DNA from: Caecitellus pseudoparvulus
Taxonomy: Eukaryota; Protista; Bigyra: Bicosoecida
Direction: 5' to 3'
Assembly (NCBI GenBank): GCA_965644315.1
Contig: CBFFRQ010000032.1
Location: 620,001-684,000 of the forward strand
Length of the DNA: 64,000 nucleotides
Both the position numbers and the translations under genes were made by a program. The notes beneath the pieces are model-generated. The model saw only the letters and a list, made by a program, of their open reading frames with translations. It did not search any database and had not been told where the DNA came from. This document shows positions 1 through 11,700 of this stretch, one piece after another (position 1 is the first letter of the stretch; every line of letters starts with the position of its first letter).

Positions 1-288
1 CGTGTGACTCGGGGTCAGAGCAGCGCAGCATCTTCCACAGAAACGCCCATGATGATGGTGCCGGCGGCGCCCCAGCTCATGCAAGCGACCCAGGGGTCGC
101 CCAACTACCCGGCAAACATGCCCAAGCCGCCTGACTCGCTGGCGTTTCTGCAGCATGGAGGCTCCATTCGCATCACGCTCATCTCGTCCCCTGCTGCCCA
201 AGCGGCGGCGGTGCGGCTGCCTGCCTTTGGCACGACGGCACTCACGGGAGGCTTGGGCTCCGTCATGGGCTCAGTTGTGGAGGAGTAG
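1..288 (+). CDS. 3' end of an unidentified protein-coding gene, truncated by the window start
   Basis: Open frame from the window edge to TAG at 286-288 with coding-like GC3 bias. It converges on the UBA1 stop 73 nt away. No motif recognised. Confidence 0.5.
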   Translation, partial: RVTRGQSSAASSTETPMMMVPAAPQLMQATQGSPNYPANMPKPPDSLAFLQHGGSIRITLISSPAAQAAAVRLPAFGTTALTGGLGSVMGSVVEE

Positions 289-361
289 CTCCTGGCTGCA
301 TGCATTTCCTGTGGAGAAGCAGCAGCTGAGTGGCGGACGCTGGGTGGCAGCCACGTGCGCC

Positions 362-3300
362 TCAGCTGTGCTGACGGGTGGCGGGCAGTGTGTACTTGAC
401 AGTGGGCACTTCCACCTCTGCCTCCGCTTCGTCCACGGCAATCACCATCAACTCCAATTCCGTGACGTCAGGAGACATTGCCTCACCGGTGACGCTCTCC
501 ACCAATGCAGCAACTTCCATGCACGCCTTCTCTGCCAGACGCGCAGGCGTGTGCATCATATCCGAGTACAAGCACGCCACTCCCACATTCACCATGCTCA
601 CCGTCAAGCCGAATGTGCTCTCCACGCGCTGCACGATGTCACCCAGCGTCGCTGGGCCGGGCACTCGAATAACGTCCCACAGAGTCCAGCCCCACACACG
701 CTCCTTGGTGGTGTCGGCGAGCACTCCCGTGGCCCCGGGCGGCACAAACGGAACGCCAGCTGGTAGTGCGGTCTCTGTGACCGGGCAAGGCATGGGCTCT
801 GCCAACATGGACACTGGTAGGGCCATGTTCATGAACAAGCTGCGAAACGCAGCCACATCCCGGATGCCACGGGTCCACTTGAGTGCCTCCACGGCTGCCA
901 TGCCGGCGACGACGGCAGTTGTGGTTGCGACGGCGGGGACGATGTTGCCAGCGATGCGCCGACTGGTGGGGAGGTCCACGGCAGGGATGGAGTAGTTCGC
1001 AGCTCTCAGGTTGGCAGCGCTGGCGACAGCGGCCATCATGTCGTCGTCGTCCTTGTCAAAGTGCAGGGGGTGCAGGTTCGTCTGCACCGCTGCGGGCGGG
1101 GGCAGGGCTGCCACGACAGCGTCAACCTGTGCTTGCACGCTGCCGCTAGCAGCCGCAACTTCGGCCGCTGCCACCTGCTGTGCTAACTCCGAGTCGTCGG
1201 CTGCAATGGCCATATCGGCGTCAGGGGTGAAGTCTGGCACGTCCACATCGTGCACAGCAGAAGCCACGAAGTCTGCAGTCAAGGTAGCCCAGTCGATACC
1301 CCTGCACTTGGCAAACATGCGTGCCACGTGCAGGACAAATGCCACGTGGCTTGCATCTGAGACTGAGAACTCCAGTGGGTGGGGCAGGCGCTTCTGACCA
1401 GACCAGAAGGGGACCCCGTGCTCGCTCACATGTGAGGCTGGATAGGTCGTCAGCAGCTGGCGGATGGAGTTGCAGAACAGCTCTTCGAAGCAGCGCCGGG
1501 CCGCAGCCACACAGTCAAGAGGGGATTGCATGGTGGCACTCAACACACGCTGCACTTCTTGAACCGTGTGCAAGCGCGAGCTACTGGGCAGGGAGGAAAG
1601 GAAGGCGGACGGCCCTGATAGATATTGCTGCGTGCTGGTTACGCTGGCTGTGAAGGCGCCGTGGAACCAGTCTTGTGCCCACTGCACCGTGTGCTCGATG
1701 CGGTAGGGGAAATTTTTCAGTGTGCACACAGGGAAGGAGGCTTGGGGTGGGTCGTGGGTCGCGGCCCAGTTCAACGTGAGGTGCGGCAGCACCGGCTGTG
1801 TGCTGCCCATGCTGCCGACGGTGCCCGAGTCAAACATGGGCAGGCAGTGCTGAACACACTTGCAGTCCACGTAGGTGCGGGCAGGGACATTGTCCAGCGC
1901 AGGAATGACCAGGTCCAGCGCTCCCCAAAATGTGTCCGTGAATGGCCCATCGCTGTCGCCGCCCACTGCCTCGCTGAGCGCCGTCACTTTGCCTGTCAAG
2001 GCGGGGTTCATGGCCACAGCAGCTGCAGCCGCTACGCTGGCCTTTGACTGCCCTACGTGGTGGGGTCGGAACAGGAACTGCCGACTGAGGTTACTGCGCT
2101 CGATGGTGTCCATGTCTGTGACTGTGATGTGTCCGTTGGGGCCCGTGCCCACTCCGAGGCAAGCCAGCACCTTGAGCATTTCGCAGCCAATGGCCCCGGC
2201 ACCCACCAGGAACACCCGAGCGTTGGCCAGCGTGGAGCAGTGACCCGTGCCGAGCACTTGGTCGTTGGCGCAGCTGCGCATGTGCAGCGGCGCAGGGGTG
2301 GCACAGGGGGCTTGAGGCGCCGCCACCACTTCTCTCGCATCCCAGTACCACCACTGCTTGGTGGGGGTCGTTTTCCCCGTTAAAACCTTGACGACCTCGT
2401 GGGCCGCAAAGCCTCCGAGGATGGAGACGGCTGGGGAGAGAAGGGCCTGCATGGCGGAACAAAACGCCTGGGCAGTAGGCAGTAACGGCCCCCAGGGTGC
2501 GGCTGGTGGCTGTGCCAACACCACGCCGTCCCCGCCGCCGAGGCCTGCCAAGAATGCCTCTGCTGTGGCAGCCACCGCCGTCGCATGCTGCTGCTCGGGC
2601 CAAGACCCGGTGGTCGCGAAGTGCTGATGTGCGGCCCACCACAGGGCATGAGAGACGGCAGGGGGCTTCTGCTCATCCACCAGGGAGTCAGCGAGCAAGT
2701 CAGCTGCCGCGTTCGGTATCAAGGCGCTGGAGCCACTCACTCGTAGCGCGTGGGCCGCCTCCCAGCTGTAACCTGACAATGTTTGTGAAGTCTTCACGGC
2801 AGTGAGGTACCCGCCGCAGGTCTGCAGGTCGGCGCTGGGCGGGATGGTGCTGAGGGCAGCCGCTGGCAGTGCCACAGTCACATGTGTGCGGTTGGGCACA
2901 GATGTCGCTGCGTGCTCTGTGCCATTCAGCGCCGCCAGGGGCCCAGAGAAGTCAGAGAAGGTCAAGGCTTGCCCCTGACTCAAGCCATGTGGCGTGTCCC
3001 CTGCGACGTGCACGTGGAGCGCTCCTGCCTGCAGACTAAGAGCAGTGATTGCGCATGGCGCCACGTCCACGCCATCTGCATCCCACACCTCATGCGCCAT
3101 GCCCACATCCACGAACACGCGCCCGAACAGTCCGCGGCACTCTGCAACCACTGCCTTTGTCAGGGACGCCCGTGCCTGTGGCAGCAGGCTGGAGAGCTGG
3201 TGGGGGGAGGCGTTGGCAAGCAGCACCATCGTGAACTGCCCCGTCGCCAGGGCAGAGGGAAGGTCTGCGCTGGGTGGCAGCAGGTTCACAGACACTTGGC

Positions 3301-3732
3301 TGTTCAAGGTGGCAAGATGGGGCAGAATCACTTCTCCCCGAGGCTTCCCTACGTCTGCCTCCCCTGCCAGGCACTGCGGGGCGCACACGGCGGGGTGATC
3401 ATGACAGAGCCAGCCGTGAGGCAGCACGGCGAAGCCCTCACGTTGCTACTGAGGTCTTCAGGGGATAGTCTCGCAGTGTCGTACAAGTACAGGGATCCAA
3501 CTCCCATCAAGCACAGGTTCTTTGCTGCGAAAATCGTGCGGGGCGGGCTTGCAGTCGAGACCGATGCCCAACCATCGAATCCGCAGGGCTCACCCGCTTC
3601 CACTCCCAGCCCATCAAGCCCCACGACAAGGACTGACGCTGAACGCAGTCGCTCCTGCCCTCTCCTTCCAACAACATACAACTGCCGGCTGTACAGCTTC
3701 TCGTCCACTCCCGAAGCGCCCTGCGCAGCCAT
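362..3732 (-). CDS. UBA1: Ubiquitin-activating enzyme E1 (2 introns: 3593-3525, 3441-3374)
   Basis: Spliced N-terminus reads DEKLYSRQLYVVG...VLVVGLDGLGVEA/AKNLCLMGV. The active adenylation domain shows FLVGAGAIGCEMLK, DMDTIERSNLSRQFLFR and ALDNVPARTYVD. The catalytic Cys motif is FPVCTLKNFP. Also FWSGQKRLP, FDKDDD, AANLRAANYSIP, IAGNIVPAVATTTA and a C-terminal UFD. Both introns are GT-AG. Confidence 0.95.
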
Positions 3733-4113
3733 TGCAAGCCCACCTCGTCCTGCCCTCAAAATCCGCAGCGAGGCAAGCGGCCTACAAAGCAGAGGCCTTC
3801 CTGAAGAGAGATTGGGAAGACGGAACCGTCAGGTTACAAATGGTGAACCTTCGCGGCAAGGGGTGGGTGAGTGTTTTGTTGCTGGTGCAGCGTGTCTGGA
3901 AAGAAAGAGCAAATTCCCGACTGCAGATCATCTCCTGCAAAGGGTCATCGGTCCGCACGAGTTGTGGATTTTACTTGAATGGGTGCTTGAATGACACAAT
4001 AAAGCCAGAGCATGAACAAAACAAACACTCGCAAAGACTGAGGCACCGAGCAAGCCACCGGGAGGCATCCCTCGCAGCTGCTCGCGGTCGCAGCGATTCG
4101 GGCGAGCTGAGGC

Positions 4114-6277
4114 ATGGCAGGGCAGCAGACCAGCGCGTTCGCTGGTGCCGTGGTGCTGGGAGACTTGGACGACTTTATCGCGCCTTCTCAAGCCTGCGTG
4201 AACCCCATCATTGCCAGCGATGTCGCCCAGGCAGGAGAACAACTTGATGCAGGAAAAGAACGTGGCATGGCGCGCGTTTCGTTGGACTCTGGCGTGTTCT
4301 CTGGGTTGCCGTGAGTCGCGTTTCGCCTGCGTTGCGTGTGCTCTTTCGCACTCGTCTCGGCTCGACAGAAGCAGGGTTTCGAAGCAGGAGCCTGACCTGA
4401 TCAAGAGCGCGGCAGGAGGAACAGCACAAGTGTCCCTGAGCGACTGCTTGGCGTGCTCAGGCTGCGTGACGTCTGCAGAAGCGGTGCTCATCAAGCAGCA
4501 AAGCCACGAAGAACTGCTGCGTGCCCTCAAGGCCAAGGTGAGCCAGCGCAGCCATGTCCCAGGGGCAAGCAAAACTCGCCAAGCGCTTACGTGCCTTGCA
4601 CACTGTGCCCGTGTGCAGGATCATGATGCGTACATCATGTCTGTGTCCCCCCAGGCCCTGGCCTCCTTGGCCGCAGACGCGGGTCTGAGCATGTCCGAGG
4701 CTATTCCCCGTCTCACTGCCTTTTTGCAGGGGCTGGGAGTCACCAGCATACTGGACACCAGTGCCGGAACTGACTTGGCCCTGCAGCTGGCAGGGCGAGA
4801 GTTTCTGCCCCTCCTGCAGGCAAGCATGCCTGCTAGCGTGGCTGCAGCAGCGAGCAGTCTGGCGGCTGCAGTCGGCTCCACGGGCGCCACTGTGGCGGTT
4901 CCATCCATCGGGACAGGCGCTGTGCCCTGTGCCGGTGGTGCAGTGCTTGCGACAGCGGAGGCAGGCGTGCTCAGCCTGGCCCTAGCAAGTGCCGGAGGTG
5001 GCAGTGGGGCTGCAGCCCCCGCGGCTGGAGCGGGGCACCCAGCCCCACGTCCAGCTTGGCGTGCTCCCCCCTTCACCCTGGCCATCTCCAGCACACGCAC
5101 GAAGATCATCCCACCAGGCACACTGTCGGCAGTGAATTCCTCGGGCGACGGCGCCCCTCTGGTGAACCTGGACGGCGGCACGTCCGCCGCTGGCGTCATT
5201 GTGGACAGCAGTACGGGACAGGCAGTGGATGTGGATGGCGCCTTGGTGCAGCTGACGGGGGAGGCAGCAGCGGAAGCCCCTCGTGCAGCAGCCATCCGGC
5301 AGCTGTGTGCGGAGGCAGGTGTGCCTCTGCCGGGCCTGCCGAGCGGCGTGGCAAGTACTCCTGTCCTTGCTTCGGCATGCCCAGGGTGGGTGTGCTATGC
5401 GGAGAAGTCCCACCCCGCCGCGCTGGCCCACATCAGCCGAGTCCGCTCTCCCCAAGCTCTGGTGGGCGAGGGCGTCAAGGCGTCAGGGGGCGCACGGGTG
5501 TACCACGCCACCCTCATGCCATGCTTCGACAAGAAGTTGGAGGCCAGCCGCAAAGACATGTACACAGAGGAGGGGGCGGAGGGGGTGAAGCTGGTGGACT
5601 GTGTCGTTACTCCGGAGGAGATGCTGCAGCTGCTGCAAGAGCAGGGGCACGCCTCGTTGGCTGACGTCCCAACTGCAGGGGCACAGGCGCCTGCAGGGGG
5701 GCCCTGTGCCCCCCTGGCCCCCTTGCACCTGGCCAGTGGCCTTGCGTTGCAAGTGCCCCATCCCGAGGAGGGTCAGTCTGGCGGCTACGCTGGGCACATC
5801 CTGCGCCACACAGTGCAGGCCAGCACAGGCATTCGCCTGGAAGGACCGCTGCCGTGGGTGGCTGGGCGCAACGCTGACCAGCGCTCGGTCCGTGTGGAGG
5901 TGGGTGGGCAGGTTCTCGTGGAGGTGGGCTTGGCCAACGGCTTCCGCAACATCCAGACCATCCTCACCCGCATGAAGCGCGGCAAGCACTGCCCCCACTA
6001 CGTGGAAGTCATGGCTTGCGGGGGGGGCTGCCCCAATGGAGGTGGACAAGCGCGTGTGCGAGGGGGGGTTGACGCAGACGGAGCCGTCGCGAAGCCCTCC
6101 CTGGCGCAGCAGCGGGAGCGAGTGCAGCTGGTGGAGGGGCTGCTGGGTGGGAGGCCACAGCAGGAGGCCGCTGCAGGCGCCCGCCGTGAGGCGCTGCAGG
6201 CTGCCGTGGCCTCCAACACCACCACCTCTTACCACGCCATGCCTGATGTTGGGACGAGCGCCAGCGTCAAGTGGTGA
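4114..6277 (+). CDS. NAR1: Cytosolic Fe-S cluster assembly factor NAR1/CIAO3 ([FeFe]-hydrogenase-like; introns 4311-4368, 4538-4618)
   Basis: Motifs LDDFIAPSQACVNP, VSLSDCLACSGCVTSAE, LASACPGWVCYAEK, MPCFDKKLEASR, GFRNIQ and YVEVMACGGGCPNGGGQ, plus the family's C-terminal Trp (…VKW). Confidence 0.95.
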
Positions 6278-6299
6278 CACGCGCAGCTGCATTGCCTGG

Positions 6300-7351
6300 T
6301 TAATCCACATTGTACACTTCAATGAGCCCCTGCGGCTTGTATGGATAGGGCTGGGCGCCCCCAGGGTTGTCCCGCACCTGCACGCCGCAGGTGTGAACAA
6401 GTGCCTGCCAGATGGCTTCCACGTTGGCAGGGTACGTGTGGACACAGCCATCGGAGTTGGGCATGGGCAGGGGGGGGTGCCAGGAGCTGTACTGAGCCCA
6501 CTCCCCCGTATGGATGAGGATGCCATACCGCAGGCTGGGCACCAGCCAGGCACCGTTCCCCGCCAGCCCCTTCACGACTCGGTTGACGGGGTAGGGGCCG
6601 TAGAACTTGGGTTCATCCTCTGGGGAGTTCAGGTCCCCCTCGAACAGTCCAGTGATGGTGTTGCCGTCGGACGTGAACTGGTTCAGGCCATCTCCAGCAC
6701 TGTTGAAGGTGGGCCAGGGGTTGGGGCCCGTGGCGTCGTGCCCTGCAGCCAAGGAGTGCGCGGGTAGGGCCAGTGCAGGGGACAACACTTGCTCTGAGCA
6801 CCACGCCAGCAGCTCTCACCGTGTGTCCGCGTAATGAACGACAAAAGCTTGTTGTTGTGAGCATCGTACAGCGTGGCGTTCAGCTCGATGCTGCGGTTTC
6901 GGTGCACAGGGATTACGATCTGTGGGGGGGCGCAGGGAAAACAGTGGAGCAGGGCAGTGGTGTCCCAAGTGCATTGCACCAGTCGCCGAACCTTGTACAA
7001 GTAGCCCATGGAGGCGGCCGTGAAGTTTCCAGGCTCGTAGTGGTCATTGTACTGTGTCTGCAGTAGTGCTGTAGCAGTGTCTGGTCCCACAATTGCATCT
7101 GCGCTCAGCCCTGCCGCCTGCTGGAATTCCTTCACTGCTGCTGCAGTCGCGGCGTCGTAGCTGCCAGAGATGGCCACAGCGCTGCTGAAGGGCGGGTTGC
7201 GCAGCAAGCCTTGGACGGTCGTGACGTCCCTCCCTTGCATGGGTGGGTTGGCTACCTCAAGGTAGCGGCTGAAGGGTGGAACGCTGAATCCACTCGCCGC
7301 TGAGCAGACAGAGGCCGCTGCGATGGCGAGGGCTGACAGAGCGACCCTCAT
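6300..7351 (-). CDS. Secreted peptidoglycan-binding domain + L,D-transpeptidase(YkuD)-like protein, ~300 aa (introns 6991-6920, 6819-6743)
   Basis: Signal peptide MRVALSALAIAAASVCSA. PG_binding_1-like segment MQGRDVTTVQGLL…SGSYDAATAAAVKEFQQAAGLSADAIVGPDTATAL. C-terminal GILIH-x18-SDGCVH resembles the LDT H-x(14-17)-[ST]HGC catalytic motif. Two GT-AG introns join the three exons in frame. Confidence 0.8.
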
Positions 7352-7524
7352 GCTTGGAGCAAAGGAGTGTGCACTTTCCAAGTACCTCTGAAAGCCCACT
7401 GGGTCATGTTCAGCGCCTGTTGTGAAAAGTCATTTTCGGTTTTGTGCGGCGACACGCACTGGCCTCACGCTGTCACCGCGGCGGCGGCAGGCCAAGGAGC
7501 CAGTCGGCTGCTGCGCAGACCACC

Positions 7525-8737
7525 ATGATTTTTGGGCAGGTGGTGGTGGGCCCACCTGGAAGTGGGAAGAGCACCTACTGCCAGGCGATGAAACAGTTCA
7601 TGGAGGCGACAGGAAGGTGAGGAAGGCGTCGATTTTCCGCCGCCGTCCCGCGGCGGAGGCGAAACGCGAACGAAACCCTCGCCCATCGCAGGCCTGTGGC
7701 ACTTGTGAACTTGGACCCTGCGAACGAGAACCCCGAGCACGAGTATGATGGAGATATCAGCGAGCTGATCTGTCTGACGGATGTCATGGAGGCGTTTCAT
7801 CTGGGTCCGAATGGAGGTGCGGAGGGCGTGAAGCACCTGCCTCCAGTGTGGCTCACATCTCTCGCCTGCCCTGCCGACACCGCAGGCCTCATGTACTGCA
7901 TAGAGTACCTGGAGAAGAACTCAGACTGGCTGCAGGATGTGCTGGCTGGCATGGAAGGTGCGGCTGCTTGCGCTGTTTCAGGGAGGGCCGCACCTCGCAC
8001 GCTCCTCTTCTTCCTGCCCTGCGCCGCCCTCTGCAGACAAGTACGTCATCTTGGACTGCCCAGGACAGGCGGAGATGTACACGCATCACAGCAGCGTCTT
8101 CAGCACGCTGGAGGGTCTTGTGCGCCCACTTGACCTGCGCCTGGTGTCGGTACACCTGGTGGACGCGTCGCACTGCACAGACCCACAGAAGTATGTGTCC
8201 GCGGTGCTGCTGTCCTTGAACACCATGATGCGCCTGGAGCTGCCTGCCGTGAATGTGCTGAGCAAGGTGGACCTTTTGCCTGGCCAGGGGGAGGACGCCG
8301 GCGCAGAGCAAGGCGGTGGGGACGGCGGCAGCGCCTTTCAAGACGGCCTTCTGTTCGGGCTAGACTTCTACAAAGAGGCCTCTGACCTGCCCACCCTGGT
8401 ATCGGCGTGGGCCAGCCGCATGGCAGAGGCGCAGGCACCAGGCAGCGCTGCAGACGCCGACGGCGGCACGCAGCCGGAGGTGTCCCCCTGGCTTCGTCGC
8501 TCCCTGCGCATGTACCGCAAGCTGGCGGAGGTGGTGGAAGACTACGCCCTGGTCACCTTTTCCACCCTGTCCGTGATGGACAAGGCCTCCCTGGCGGCGC
8601 TGCTGAAGGTCATTGACCGCGCCAACGGCTATGCCTACGGCGCCCTGGGTGAGCAGCAGCGCCTTGCCGACATGTCAGCGCAGGCAGCCGCGGCGCCCCC
8701 CACAGTACAGGAGTTGGTGGAGGCAGTCAGGCGATGA
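7525..8737 (+). CDS. GPN2: GPN-loop GTPase 2 (3 introns)
   Basis: MIFGQVVVGPPGSGKSTYC, VNLDPANE, LGPNG/GLMYCIEYL, ILDCPGQAEMYTHH, VNVLSKVDL and IDRANGY. Confidence 0.93.
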
Positions 8738-8788
8738 ATACGCATGCATTCGGGCGGCGAGCCCTTCACCCAGGCGCGACGCTGCGAG

Positions 8789-11700
8789 CTATTCGTACTG
8801 CTTCAGCCACCGGATGAGCGTGGCGGGGTCGGTTGCGACGGCGTCGTCTGCGTACCCAGCCGGATCACCTCCACCCAGCACAGCGTCGTCTGTGCTGGTG
8901 GCGATTTTGAACTTGCACAGCGATGCACCCCGCTTGCTTGACAGGACCCGCCCCGAAGTGCCCCGGGCCGTGCCCCGGCGCCCAGTCCGCTGCCTGGACG
9001 TGCCTGGATCCCCAGACCCCGCCCCGCCCCGAGCAACCGGCGAAGCTGCCCTGGCCCTCAACAGCGCAGCTTCAGCTGCTGCCTTCGTAGCACTGCGCAG
9101 CTGGGAGGCATCAGCGAGAGGAGTCTTTCCTTGTCCAGGGGGTGACGCCACTGGGGAGTCCTTGTGCCCCCCTTCGTCTGGGGATGCGGGGGAGGGGCTG
9201 CGAAGCACTGGTGTTCGGGCTCGCTTGCGGCTGCCGGGTCGCCGACGACTGTCAGTCGGCGGCTGGGTGCCCTGAAATGCACTGAGCCGAGCAGACACCC
9301 CGCCCGAGGCGGAGCCTGCGTCCCCGCCCACACCATCTGCCGGCCCGCCCATGAGGCCCAGTTCCCGCAAGACCCCATCCCCGATGAGGCGTGTGACTGG
9401 GTGGGGTGCACTGGGCACGGCTTCACTGTCGGCATCTGGGCGCCTCAGCCGCACTGCCGCATACCGCCCCTCAGTCGTCTCCATGGCCCCAGACTTCTTC
9501 AGCCACTTGACGATGGCCGGAGAAGGGAAGCGCAAGTGCAGAGGCAAATTGAAGGTGGGTGCAGAGGTGTCCCCCTCATCCCTCCCCCCATTCTTGGAGC
9601 TGCTGCCGCCGCCCCGCCGCCCACTCGTCAGACGTTCCACATCCAGCCTCGGCACGCCAGCGGCTGCTTTCACCAGCCGTTCTGTCGTGCGGAAGGGGTC
9701 TGTAGCGTCGCTGTGAGCTGCTGCCTCACTGCGTGCAACGGCAGCCGCTGCCGCGTCCGCCTGCCGCCGTCGGTGGGCCACTGCTGCCGCTGGGTTGGTG
9801 AAGCCGGGGGGAAGGGTCGTGGCCAGGCCGTGCACAGCCTCTGCAGCTGCACGGCGCAAGCCCACCCCCCCAGCAGCATTGCTGCCGCCGGGCGCCGACC
9901 GCGCAGTGGACGAGAGCATGTGCGCTGCCAGCACTTCAGCTGCCGCCGCCACCGTGCGCGGCTCTTTGGCCACAGAGCTCAGCAGTGCCACGCCAGCCCG
10001 CCGCTGCTCCAGACTGGCCGGCTCACTCGCCGCTGTGCCGCCAGGCAGTGTCGTGCTGAGGGCCTGTCCTGCGTTGCGCCGGGTCTGCTCCAGCTTGCGA
10101 GCGTTGGCCAGGATGGCCCGTGCTGTGACTTCTTGCTGACTGCGGTGCTGCAGTGTGTGCTGCAGCAGTCGGGCCCGCGTGTCGGAGTCCACCTCATCCT
10201 CTAGATGCCGCGGACGGCTCTTGGGAGCACCTGTACCTCGAGTTGCACTGGCGGCGACCCCGCCCTGCACCCGTGGGCTGCGGCTCTGCACCTCTGACAC
10301 GAGGTGGGAGTCGCTGTTCAGGGCGGCAGAGCGAGCGAGGAGGCGGGAGTAGCCTCCCGTCGTCGCGGAGGCCAGCTCCCCTGCAGCCTCCCTCGCAGAA
10401 CGCCTCCGATGGGTCTCAGCCAGGTCCCCCGCCTCCTCCTCTGGCAAGCCGAGCGCCCCGACACGGGTGCTGCCGGCACCCGGGACCGCCTGCCCCGCTG
10501 CGCTGAGCGTGTACGTGTCCCCTCGCACGCTCTGAACTGCGTGGGCGTCGTATGACCGCAGCTTGGTTGGCACTCGGTCGATGTACGGTGGCAGTGGGGA
10601 CGAAGGCCTGGCAGTTTTGTCGGCACCCGAAGCAGCTGCTGCCTGGATGGCGTCGTGAGCCATGGCAAGCAGGTCTGCATCCTTCACAGGCGCGAGGTGC
10701 AGCGGTCCGCCTGCGGCAGGAAGGCTGTCATGGCGGAATGTGGCGGTGCTGCGAGGTCGCATCGCGACGTCCTGCACAACTTCTTGCGTGCTTCCCCCTC
10801 CGGGTGACGCCTTGAATGTCGCAGCGACGTGCACACTGCCCGCCAGTGCCCGACTGCGCACTCGACTGCGGTGCTGGCTGGTGGTGTGCACAAACCGAGC
10901 TGCGGCAAGTGTATCTGGCAGGTGGCGGGGGCTGTTGCTCGCAGAATCCTGGCTCGCCAAGCTGCCTTGGCCGGTGCCCCGTTCCCGGGCGCCGCGGGCG
11001 GCAGGCCGCAGCAGGGTCACAGCCTGTCCCCCATCAGGGCCCAAGGCCTGCGCCCTGTGGTGCACTTGGTGGATGGGTGTGATGCGTGTGGGCGAGGGGG
11101 GGTCCACCACTGTGGGCGCAAAGACACCCCTCGACCGGTCACGCGACGGGGAGGGGACGTCAAGGACATGCCCCAGCAGGCGCCCACCCAAGTCCTCAGG
11201 CGCAGAGAAAGTGGCTGCGTGCTCGTCGATGCCCGTGCCCAGTGGAACAGCCGACTGGGCCAGACAAGCAACGTCTGCAACTGACCCCGACTCGCGCAGC
11301 AGACTGCGGGTGGAGGCATCCAGAGCGCGCTGAGCACGGCCCTGCAGCATGCTCTGTCTGGCTCGGTGCGCTAGCAGAGCAGGGTGCCCTGCTGGGTCCA
11401 GGAAGAGTCCCCGGTACATGGCCAGGGGGGACAGCGCGCCTGCTGCTGCTTGCATGTCGGCGATGGCTGCTGCTGCCATGGCAATGGAGACGGGCTGGGC
11501 TGCCACAGAGCTGGAGGGTGCTGCGAGGGGTGCTCCGGGAAGCCTTACGTCTGCGGGCAGGGCAGCCATGCCTTGCACACAAAGCACACCTGTAGCTGCA
11601 TCTGGAGCACTGAGGGGCCTGGCCACCAGCGGAGACCGAGGTGGGCCTGACTGGTGCCGCTGAGACTGACGCAGGCGCAGCATGCCAGGGCGCGGGGGAG

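Noticed and set aside
4114-6277. Possible [FeFe]-hydrogenase indicating anaerobic metabolism
   Set aside because: The motifs and the C-terminal Trp identify NAR1/CIAO3, the universal non-catalytic homologue.
3525-6991. In-frame, stop-free introns (69, 81 and 72 nt) suggesting regulated intron retention
   Set aside because: About a third of short GC-rich introns are expected to be 3n and stop-free, and other introns here are not 3n.
6300-7351. Bacterial contamination as the source of the peptidoglycan-binding gene
   Set aside because: It has two spliceosomal introns and host-like composition, and is tightly flanked by eukaryotic NAR1 and GPN2.
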